NCBI GenBank assembly: GCA_951804945.1
Contig: OX638154.1
Span: forward strand, 64,356,001 to 64,420,000
DNA length: 64,000 nt
Origin: Podarcis cretensis
Lineage: Eukaryota
Reading direction: 5' to 3'
Part shown: in pieces, positions 38,001 through 49,864 of the stretch
Numbering within the stretch: the stretch's first letter is position 1
Layout of the letters: each line of letters starts with the position of its first letter
Position numbers and translations under genes: made by a program
The notes under the pieces: model-generated
Seen by the model: only the letters and a program-made list of their open reading frames with translations
Databases searched by the model: none
What the model was told of the DNA's origin: nothing

Positions 38001-41000
38001 ATTGCTTCTTCATAAGCATCTAAAAGTGTGCTGGTTACTGCATCTTTGAAAAGTAAGGGTCCATTCACACAACTGTACATCCAGCTAGGGATGTAGATCA
38101 AATGTTTCAGGACTGGCTGGGACTCATAGTGAAATTGCCATCTCATTGATTCAGTTTACATCCTGCACACACTTCATCTATATTTTCTGGGATGCTATCA
38201 ATTCACAATTGAAGGCCTAGGGACTGAAATATAAACGAAGTCCATAATTAAGCCAGCTGCTTCATCAGTTGTCCAGCTCAACCTATTCTGTCTACATTCC
38301 TAACAAACTAAAGGAGGAATGGAGGACCTGTGGCCCTCAGATCTTGCTGGACTAAAACTTTGATCATCCCTGACCTTTGGCCATGCTGGCTTATTAGAAG
38401 TGGAGTCCAGCAGTATCTGGAGTGCCATTGGTTCCCCGTGCCTGACTATATGAAATCACCCTTAGACTGCATGTGAAAGCTACATAGAATCATGCAGGAC
38501 ACTCTTCTGGGTACCATACCACTTCAGGGTGCTAGTGGAGAATCACATAATTGGATACTTCCCCACATTTATTTTTTTAAAACACAACTGATCACTGCAC
38601 ATGGAAATCTGTTATAGCAAGAAGGAAGCTAGGTTAGAACCATTTCCCCATTAGGCCTGCTTTCCACAGGCAAGGAGGTTTTGATCTGGGAGCAGACTCT
38701 GAATTGGTGCTGTTTAAGGATGATAGCTTAACTACTTGGAATTATATATCTATATCTATTTGAATCTATATATCTATATCCATCCGTCCATTATTACTTG
38801 CATTTTGAACCTTCATAGCGAGCTATTATCTGCTAGAGCACCTAAGAATTCATGAGGATATTGGTCCATGTCAGTAGTGTCATTAGGTACAGTATTGCAT
38901 AGATACATGTGGGACTATTATAACTGTAGACTCTATTGTTCAGCCTCATTTTGAGAGGCTGGGCTGAATTTCCAACAGACCCATCAAAATTTACCTCCTT
39001 GTGATGTATTCTTTTATCTTTTCCTCTTTGAAAACCAGGAAACTGTTCCCTTTGGACTTTGGGCATGAAAATAAATAGTTGCAAAACAATAGCTCCAAGC
39101 CTATATAACCCTCTTGGGACCAATATTCCCTAAAATTAAATCGTTCTTTGTTCTTTCACTGCTGAAAATATGAACCTTGTGACTCAGAGATTTCTCAGAG
39201 GATGAATGGAAGTGCAAGAAGGGTTGCAAGCAATCTAATAGTGCATAAAAATGTAATAATAAAATGAGGGAAAGTAATTAATAGAATTGGCTTTGTGGTG
39301 GGAATGAGCCAAAATATAGCGCTCTTTCCCCATGGAAAGCCTTCTCCTGCATCCATGTTGATGTTCTTTTAGGGAAACATGTCTCTCTCTGTGTGTACTT
39401 AACCTCAGTGGATTACAGTCTACTCTACCTCTTTCCAAGGCTGGGACAAGATTAAGATTCAGTTATGTTATGTTGTGGTTCAGGTCACTTTGTTAAAGTG
39501 ACAGTTGCAGCATCAGTTTAAGCAAAATGATCAGCAAAGATATGCACAGTTCAGCAAGATCCCTCCCTCCCTTTTGCAACTTCATTGACAGGAAGTTGAG
39601 GGATAGCAGCTTTCCAACAAAGGACCTGTTTTTTTCCCTAGAGGAGTGTCACTCTTTCAGAGTGAACGTCACACTCCCTGAAATTTCACCTTTTGCTGCA
39701 AAATACAAGCCCTTAGACCTTTTCAGCTTAAGCCTGCTGTGTGGATTTCCTTATTAAGGTGAAATGAGTCCTAAAGCTTTTTTCATAGCATTCAAAGCTG
39801 TGTGCAATGAGCGTATGAAGGGGAAGAGTGTCATGCCCACTGTCCTCCCTCTTGGCTTATGTGCATTCGTCATGTGTCTGTGCACACACAAGTCAGGACC
39901 CGTAAACAGTGGGCATGAGCCTTCCCATCCTTCTGCATGGCCATTGTACATGGTCTCCCCTCTGTGCTGTGCCTCTTTTCAAGTCCCCATTAATGTTACT
40001 GGAACTTCCAGGCACAGGCAGCAACCAATTTGTGTGGGGGGGGGGTTATGTTCTCGACCCCTGCGCAGGTTGGCAGAGCCCAAGCAAGCATGTCCTGCCC
40101 CACTCCTTTTTGTGTCATTTTTGGGTCCGTTCTGGGTTCAGCATGATGTCTGTGTGTGTGTGGTCATGCATGTATTGGATATACCTATAAAAGGATTGCT
40201 GCCAGTAAGTCAATCTAAGGCTTGCATTCTATTTGCCTATATGCCTGCTGCAGTATATAGCTGATATTACTGCTGTAGCCCCTCTCTAAAAATTTCCTTC
40301 CTTGATCAGCTATTTAAACAGCTGCAGTAGAAAGAAATGTGATACTGTGAAGTGTTCTCCATTAGCCTGGCTAGGACACATATGCATTTGGCTTCGCCCC
40401 TCCTTGTATTGCTTCCTGTAATGGTCCCTCCGCCTCATCATTATGTAACTTCATTATGTAATAATATGGAAGTCTGTAGCTGGATATGTTTAATTTCCTC
40501 TTCCCATTCCTTTCTATCCTCTCTCTTAGTTTGTAAGTCATTGTTATACCCTGTAAACCACCTTGAGTGCTTTGGCCAGAACAGTAGTAACTAGACATAA
40601 GCTAAATTGCAACCTCTTCCTTTGAAGACTACTCTAAACGGGTGTGTTTTAAATAGACTTTTATGGCGTGAAAGTGCCCTTAGGATGTTCTGCTGTTATA
40701 CATGGCCCTTTTATACACCATGGCAGGGGCAGTTTCTGCATATCACACAGTGCTGATGTTGGAGGTGGAATCACAAAGGCCAGTCATCATCTGTCCTCTA
40801 GCAGAAGAGTGCTAGAGAAGAGACCTGCAAGCCTCACACAGAAGCAACATTGGAGCCTTCCGTGTGAAGCGTAATATCTGCATGTTAAATTTCATGGTGG
40901 TTGAATCTTCATCGAACCAAGTTCTGTGTATCCGGGGGGGGGGGGGATATATTCCCCATATCTTGTCTTTGTTTCAAATCAGAAGCACTTTTGATAGTTT

Positions 41001-44000
41001 AAATATTTGACCAGAATAAGGACAATTTTCAACAATAATATGATAGAAAATATAATGTAAAACACACTAGAAAATGAACTTTCTTTTTGTAATTGTCATA
41101 TTTATCCCTAGTATATCATAAGGGTGTGTGGTTGAGAATGACTGAAGAGAACATGACTATGCAGAGGTGTTCATCTAAAGATGGATGTTCTTTTTCAAGC
41201 GTGTTGGGAAAACATTTTCCCAGGTTTTGTTAGCCACATTAAGAGATTTTAAGTTAAGCAGGCTCTCCTCAGACTAATATGCAATACTGATCATGACACC
41301 GTGTGAACTGCTGGGGGGGGGGGGAAAGGTGTCTGACTGCAACATCATGATGGTAATTGTTTTTCTTGCTGGCCTCCTAACTCCTGCCAGAGTTATTTTC
41401 CAGATATTTTGCATAAGTGGTAAACAGATAACCCACAACCTGCTGCATACTGAATTATTACAACAGTAGCACTGTATTGCAGGGTAAAAGAAAATAGTAA
41501 AGCTTGCGTATATATTACAAAGCATTTAGTGCTACTTTTTCTAGCTAAATAGACAACCAGAATTTTAAAAAATCTCTTTTGAAATGCACTCTGTATGGCA
41601 ATTCTATATGTATTCATATCCTCTGGAAAGCTAATCTTTTCCCCATGAGGTATGTTTCTGTGGGTTTTGGTGAGAAACGCAACAGAGACCAGGAAGTATA
41701 ATCTGATTTACATGGTAGATTTATTCATATTATAATTTCTACTCAGAAGGACCTTCAGGGGGTTCCCCCTCCTCATCTTTTGAAGAAGAAGGAGAAAAAA
41801 ATGTCCCGATCATTTATAGAAGTAGTTTATTTAGAAAGTTGTTTTGGTGCTACTGCAGACAAATGGGCTGAATGCCATTTTAAGCTCCTGGTTGTGAATT
41901 GGCATGATTTGTGGGAATTGGACTTGCAGGCCAAATTGGGACTTAATTTGGCGCACCAGCTAAAAGCCACTCGCCGCTGCCCTAGAAGGGGAAGCAGGGA
42001 GTTTCATTGTGATCTTTCCCCCTCAGACGATTCTTGTTATTATGTCCAGCTCAACAACAACGATATGTTACTTAAGTATTATTTCAGCATGTGGCATTGT
42101 ACTGGTTGTATGATTCACTTAAATTTACCACATTCTTTGGCACAATACATTTTACAATACTTTGAAACTTGTTGGTGTGGGGGAAACTTTTAAAAATAGT
42201 TTAATTTGCTGTTTGTTTAGACCCCGTAATCTGACATTTCTTTGGTCTTGATGGATGTCTTGAAGAAACCTCTCTCTCTTTTCATCATTAAGCTCCAGAA
42301 TAGACTTGGAACCTAGCCGGAATTAATAGACTGGTCTTTTCTTCCATATTTATATTGTCATGGTGGGAATAGATATGGAAAAAGGCGCTTCAGAGGAAGA
42401 AGCAGTGGAGGCATGTCCATTACATTGAATAGGGCACTGCCCCACGAACCTCAGCCAGCCCCTCTTACAGACTCTGTCATTGACTCCAACTCTACTTATT
42501 GTATGTCTGCCCTACCAGCCCTGAAGGGCAAAAGCCACCACCAGAGGGAAGTCTAAAATATGCTTCTTGGAGTTCATTTACTTGCTCCTCTTTATATTTC
42601 AACCTTTCCGTCTTAATGAGAGATAACTTAACCCTACCAGCCTATGTGGAGATTAGTTATGTTCCAGTGAGAAATGAAAACCGTATTTATAGGTTTTTGC
42701 ACAATTTTTCTATTCTTCATTCTGGAATACCTGTTGAAATAAAGGGAGAATTGCACTGGATTTTTACTTTCTTGAGCGACTAAATATATTGTTAATCCTC
42801 TGGAGACTTACTGTATTTTTCCATCTATAAGACACCCCCATATAGAAGATGCCCCTTATTTTTGGGGACTCAGATTTAAGAAAATGGGGGGAGATGGCCC
42901 ATGTATAAGATGCCCCCTCATTTTTGACATTATTTTTTAGGGGGGAAACCTAGCCTTGTACACAGAAAAATACAGTACTTACCAGAATGGCAAAACCATG
43001 GGGGTGTGATATCCGAAAACACATATCTACTCTGCACATGACTTAGTCAGATAACACCAATGGTATTGATCACGTCTGCTCACAGTGGGAGAATACATGC
43101 AATTATTTTTTGTTCTTTTGTCATTGCAATCGCTGTTTCTTTTGAGCCAGACCCAGATAAAGCATCACATCTTCAGCAGCTAGCTTTTGGTTTAGCATGA
43201 CTTTCTGTTGAGCATCTGCTGAGCATATTTCAGTGGAAATAGGGGTTCAATACACATAAATAAAAATAATTTTCCCTTTTGCCTAGGCTGCTGCTTTTTT
43301 CCTCTTACGTCAGTGTGAGATTTGAGAGTTAAAATGTGTGCAGGCTTCCAGAATGGCCACACTAATGCTTATTTTATCAAAATGTTTGGGATATTTTTGG
43401 AAGAGACTCTTAATTCATACAATTGTTCACTCTTATAATACCCGTTGAGCAACTTGCTATATCTTTGCCAAACATTAATTGAAGGCATAAGGCAATTGTT
43501 GCCAAATATGTTCCTCTGTGATTCCATTCTGAGTAAACAAGGCATTTCATCTACTCTTCAATTGAATACGTGAAATTCTTGGTTTTTCCCTGCAGTCATT
43601 TACTCCTCAAAAGGCCAAACTAGGTGTGATGAGGCTGCCATATGTATGTTATCCATATGTCTGCCCTGTTCACCTATAAATCATGGTTAGGAGACAATAT
43701 GTGAAAAGGAGTGCATGAGGGAGAAGAGCAAAAGTTGGCTCTCCTCCACTTTATATCTCTGTACTCCAGAGCTTTCATTTTCTTCCAGGTTGGCTTAGTT
43801 CCAGTAGTAGAACTAGACAGAGAAAACAACTTAAAGCAATGGAGTCCAGCAACATCAAGTGGAAGAGAATGTAGGTTTTCCTTTCCTTTCCTGTGTCCCT
43901 TTACTTCAGCACCCCCTTTGAGGGTTGCCATATGTCAGGAACCTCCCGAACATAACCGGAATACTGCAATCAGAAGCAGTGTCCAGGCAGAAATTGTTAA

Positions 44001-47000
44001 AATGTCCGGGAAAATCCGGACGCATGTTGATCCATGTCAGCAGTGTTGTTTTTGCCGATGTTCCTGAAAAATAACTCAAAAATGACATTTTTGTGGGGGA
44101 ATTTTGCCAAAGAAAGCTCACCAACTTTGATGTCTGGATTTTTACTTATTGAAATAGGGCAACCCAACCCCTGCCCCTCTTTATATGTGAATGGGACAGA
44201 CATTTGGGCAGCTTGCCCAACATACCTAGTTTGGCCTTACTGCTGAAAGAGCAGTTTTATACAGGGCCTCTTTGCGACTTAATGGGATTCTTACTTAACT
44301 GCCCAAAGAGGAATAGGTAAGTGAGACCCTGCATTCACCCACAACTGCCCCTGCTTTGTTGTTTTTCCCTTCCTTGAACCTCAGTAATTGTGTCCATGGG
44401 AAAGATCTATCTCTGGATAGGCAATTGAAATCAGATGGATGTCAGCTTTTGAAGAAAAGTCCAGGCACTGAAATATTGCAAGTCACCAAACCAAATGAAA
44501 TAATGAATTAGAAGGTTTCTAGTGCATTAAATAAACCCAGACAATTATCCACATTCTCAGGTAGCCATTTTAAGTGTTCGAGAAACAAGAACCAACCATG
44601 ACAATCACCAGGATAGATACTCCACCCAAATGGCTCCCCTTTTCAACAAACAAATAATTAACGTGCCTGATGAACTCTGCCTTTTCAGTGCAGGACTGTA
44701 AATATACCCTGTTTTAAATGAGGACGTGGTCTTCCTGCAAGTTAGCTATTACCCCATACAGTCAAAGGTACATCTTTTACCCCCTCCCATGGTGGGGGCG
44801 AAGTTAGTGTGAGACAATAGGCACCTCCAGACATCCTCTTTATTAAGCTCCCCCCCCCCTGGTTTTTGTGTGTAAACACCCACTGTTTATTGAACATTCA
44901 TCCTGATTTTTTGTGCAGTTTATACAACTTCCTGTCTATTATTATCATACACTTTCTAATGCATTTCCCCCTTTGCTTTTCTTACCCGAAAAGACTGCTT
45001 GTTGTTTTTATTTTTAAAAAGTGGGTTTGTTGCACAAGTGCGCTTTAATCCACCTGAATTGCACAAATCTCAATTGTAATTGAACCCCTCTGGCAAAATA
45101 GTGACAGTCTGGGAGAAAACTAACACTACACTAGCACCAGTGCTAAAAACATTTTTAAGCCGTCTTACTAACTGCACTGCATCGCCTGCGCTTCTTGTCT
45201 CTTGCATTCTGCCTTGATGGATTCACTGGTTTCAGCTGATTTTTCTTCCCAGGAGTTTCCTTTCAACAAAATTACATTGATTATTCTCTTATTCCCTGTG
45301 GGTGGATTGCTCTGGTGCTGAAGTTCGAAACTGTGCCTGGCTTGCATTAAACACACACACACATATACACACTGCTACTAACAGTGATTAAAAGCTTTGG
45401 TTTTGATTTTTGCTTAGAGAAAAACGTAAGTATTTTTTTAGACCAGAAACAAAGTTGACGTAACTTGCCAGTAGAGTGCTTGATTTATAAAATGACTGTT
45501 TTTTGCCTTCTCTTTGCATTTCTCTGCATTTCCCTTGATGGAGTTGACTAGATGCAATCGAAAAGGTTTCTGTGTGCATAAAAAGTGACTATTTTTCATT
45601 GGTTGCAGGCTCTTCTAGAGGACCCAGCCCCTTGACAATGGGTGCACAAGACACTCTGCCCGTAGCTGCAGCTTTCACTGAAACAGTTAATGCGTACTTC
45701 AAAGGAGCAGATCCTAACAAGTAGGTATCAAATTGTTTGCCCCCATCTCTTCCCCATACAATAATAGACAGTTCAGGGTTGGTCTTACACAGTTAGAGTA
45801 TGCTCACCTTTACTGCTTACTCTGCATCCTGTGTACTCCACTGCTAGTTTTTCCCCCCTGAACCCAAATTCAGAACCTGACCTTAGCCACAACCCATATT
45901 GATGCTGTAGCTTCTTGACAAATACTGTTGTTTGATGCATTTCCCGCTCTCAATTGAACTTCAGTCCAGCTGCATTCACTTAGTACTTTAAGAATGGTGT
46001 GTACGTTTGAGAAGGCAGGGAAACAAAAAAGGCTGCACTCCTTGGCTGAATCCCCCTCTCTGGTATGAACAGCACTGTGCAAATGTGGTTTCAAATGCAG
46101 CAGTGGGAAACAACCTCACTGAATTTTAAGCTGCTGGTGTGAACATCCCCTTATTTGCCTGTAGGTGGGCCGCACGTTAGGGACTGGTGATGTAAAACCA
46201 GCAACAAAGTTGGAGAAAATATTCTTTGGCAGCTGACAAATAATTCAGTAAATAAGTACAGTTGTACCTCGGGTTACATGCACTTCAGGTTACATACGCT
46301 TCAGGTTACAGACTCTGCTAACCCAGAAATAGTACCTCGGGTTAGGAACTTTGCTTCAGGATGAGAACAGAAATTGCGCGGTGGCAGCGCGGCGGCAGCA
46401 GGAGGCCCCATTAGCTAAAGTGGTGCTTCAGGTTAAGAACAGTTTCAGGTTAAGAACGGACCTCCGGAATGAATTAATTACGTAACCAGAGGTACCACTG
46501 TACTGAGTGGGGAGAGGACACAGGGATCAGTTATTTTGCCAAAAGGGGACCCTAGCATGATGCAATCAGAGTTCTGTTGAATGCTTTCATAAATTAGGGA
46601 ATGCTGATATTACTGTGTCAAGAGAAAAACCAGATGCTCCAGCTTCTCAATCTTCAGCGTGGTTGGGGTATTTAAATATCATCTGATCTTCAGTGAAGTA
46701 TGACTGTAATCTGGTATATTGGTTTGCTCTTTTTATTTCATTTCACAACTCTGTATTACTTTTCTTTTTCTCTGTTACCTGTTTTTTCGGTGCCTACACA
46801 TTTTTGTATGCAACAAAAAATCAAATAAAAAGTTTTCTTTCCTCCAAGTATAGGGAAATGTACCTGAATGAATTGTTCTCTTTCTCTTTCTGTACGTTTC
46901 TTTTGATATTAAAGATGCATAGTGAAGATTACTGGAGAGATGGTGCTGTCATTTCCTGCAGGAATTACTAGACATTTTGCCAATAATCCCGCCCCTGCTG

Positions 47001-49812
47001 TTCTAACATTCCGTGTAACAAATTACAACAGGTTAGAACACGTCTTGCCAAACCCCCAACTGCTTTGCTGGTAAATATCTTTCTATTTTAACTCTTATAG
47101 ATTTATAGGAGGAAGTTGCTTTTGTAACTTTCGCACAAGAAACTTTGCATAGATCATAAATGAGATCAATAGCATTCTTAATTTATAAATATCTAAAACC
47201 TTTCAGTATACTTTTGTATGTCAAAAACATACAAAAGTACCTGTGGAGTTTATACTCTGTTGTTGAAACGGCAACTCTCACAATGTTTTCTTTTATTGTT
47301 GTATAGTGATTTTACAGATGAGCAGCATGCTCATTTGTCAAGCTGTTGTCAGAAAGCAAACACAAAATGTTCATGTTGATCACCATCAGCTCGAGCATGG
47401 GTCATTCTGAAGCAGCTATAATAGATGACTATTTCGCGTTCCAGTTTTTGGCAATGCCAAATTCGGCACTCCTAGAAGAAAATGGGACTGTTAACAGTAT
47501 AGCTAGAAACCTGCTTGCCATTCTTCAGATTTTCACTGTGAATCATCTGATCATTCAGCTATGTTTGCTAGCAGCCAGTGCTGCTGAAGACTCTGAATCA
47601 GTCTCTGTCTCTCATTCATTGCACTCAAATTTTGCCCCAGTAAGACCATTACAATTTGACATCATTTCTTAACACAGTGAACATGCTACAAATATAACAC
47701 ACATCAGAAGGACGTGTGGTATTTCATCCCTGATCACTGGACATTACAGTTGGGTTGGGGCTTGGGAGTTGTAATCCAACACCTAGCTGAGCCACAGGTT
47801 CCCCAACCCTGCTCTTCGTGTTATTACTTGTTGACAAAAGTTTTCCATTTACAAAATTAACATTTTCTCTCTTTTTTCCCTAAATGGATGCAGTGACAGT
47901 ACACAAGCTGATGCCAACGCAAAGGAATTCTGGGTAAACATGCCAAATTTGATGACGCATTTAAAGAAAGTATCTGAACAGAAACCACAAGCAACGTATT
48001 ATAATGTGGATATGCTTAAATATCAGGTAATACCTTTTACAGCATAAAATCTGGTGAAATGTTCAATGTGCATAAGGGCTAGATAAATATAGTTCATTTT
48101 TGTTAGTCATTGCTGATTTCAGTATCCCCCCCCAAAAAAAAAACCTTTTTATGAATGGACATGCTGAATTGTGCTAAAGGAAAAGTAAAAACAATGCAAA
48201 GTATATTCTAGGCCAAAAAAATCCTTTTAATCTGAAAGTTTATTACTACACTTTGCCTATGAAATCTACCCTTTCTCTTTCTTATAAGGTATCAGCCCAG
48301 GGTATTCAGTCTACTCCATTGAACCTTGCAGTGAACTGGCGGTGTGAGCCTACAAGCACCGATCTACGCATTGACTACAAATATAATCTAGAGGCAATGA
48401 CTACACCAGTAGCTTTAAACAATGTGCAGTTCCTTGTTCCCATAGACGGAGGAGTGACAAAACTTCAAGCTGTACTTCCACCTGCTATTTGGTATGAACC
48501 TAAACTGGTCTTTGATCCTTCCCAGTGCTCACTCCAGAGATGCACTGTTCTTAATGGCTGGAAGTTGTTCCATTTGGACAACCTGAAACTGTTTTTGATC
48601 AGCCCTTGTCATTATGTGATTAAAACTTTTGCACAGTCCTGTCTGAATAACTCTGTAGCATTTAGAATATTTGTATGCAAATGAGAAAGAGAGAAACTTA
48701 ATGCGACAGCTTATCCACACTTACCTTTCCTCTGCTCTTTCCAGGCATGGTCTGAGATTTAAAGCTCTGTGTCCAAGCACCCCCCCCTTTTTTTTTTGTT
48801 CCAGAACTTTCCCTGAGAAAACCCGTTCTGTAAAGCTCAATTGGAGCAAACATCAATCTGCACAAAACCCGAACAGAAGTTTGCTCCGATTCAGCTTTAA
48901 AGAGCAAGTTTTCTCAGGGAAAGCTCTGGCCAAAAATCAAACAAACACGGGTGCCCTTCAGATGCTGTTGGACTGCATCATCCCTGAGCTTTGCTTGGCC
49001 ATGGTGGCTGGGGCTGATGGGAAACTGTAGTACAACAGTGTATAATGGGCACCAAGTTGGCTGCCCCGAGGTAGTGGGGTTGCTAGCTTTACACAAGGCA
49101 AATAGTTATGGGAACTTCCTGTTGGCTCCTTACCTCTCTCGCCCTTACCTAGCCACTGTGATCCACGCGACGGTCACCTCCAGACTGGATTATTGTAACT
49201 CGCTCTACGTGGGGCTGCCCTTGAGACTGACCCAGAAACTCCAGCGGGTGCAGAATGCCGCAGCGAGACTCCTTATGGGGTCTTCGCTGCGAGATCACAT
49301 TTATCCGGTGCTATACCAGCTGCACTGGCTCCCGGTGCAGTATAGGATCAGGTTTAAGGTGCTAGTTTTAACCTTCAAAGCCCTATACGGCCTAGGACCC
49401 TCGTACCTACGGGACCGCCTCTCCTGGTATGCCCCACAGAGGAACTTACGGTCTTCAAATAAAAACATCTTGAAGGTCCCAGGCCACAGAGAGGTTAGGC
49501 TGGCCTCAACTAGAGCCAGGGCTTTTTCAGCTGTGGCTCCAACCTGGTGGAACGCTCTGTCACAAGAGACAAGGGCCCTGCAGGACTTGACATCTTTCCG
49601 CAGGGCCTGCAAGACAGAGCTGTTCCACCAGGCCTTTGGTCAGGGCGCAGCCTGACCCCCTCCTTTGGCAATCTTTACAAAACTTTAGTTTATGGTTGCC
49701 ATCAATTTGGATTTTAATTAACTTTTATAATGCTTTTATAATGTTGCACTGTTTTGGTGTTGTTAGCCGCCCTGAGCCCGGCTTCGGCTGGGGAGGGCGG
49801 GATATAAATAAA

Positions 49813-49864
<52 letters not shown>

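Noticed and set aside
40186-40210. TATAAAAG followed by GTAAGT
   Set aside because: Donor is too close to the TATA motif for a first exon, and there is no other promoter evidence
41780-42193. 137-aa intronic ORF (also 39764-40264, 166 aa)
   Set aside because: No recognisable motif or convincing phase-compatible splice sites
48492-48684. ORF continuing past the SGIP1 donor (also after 14875 and 19223)
   Set aside because: Intronic read-through with no homology; canonical donors explain the gene
48951-49119. N-terminal part of the 234-aa ORF
   Set aside because: Chance extension through a MITE and flank; only the part from ~49120 is L2 RT
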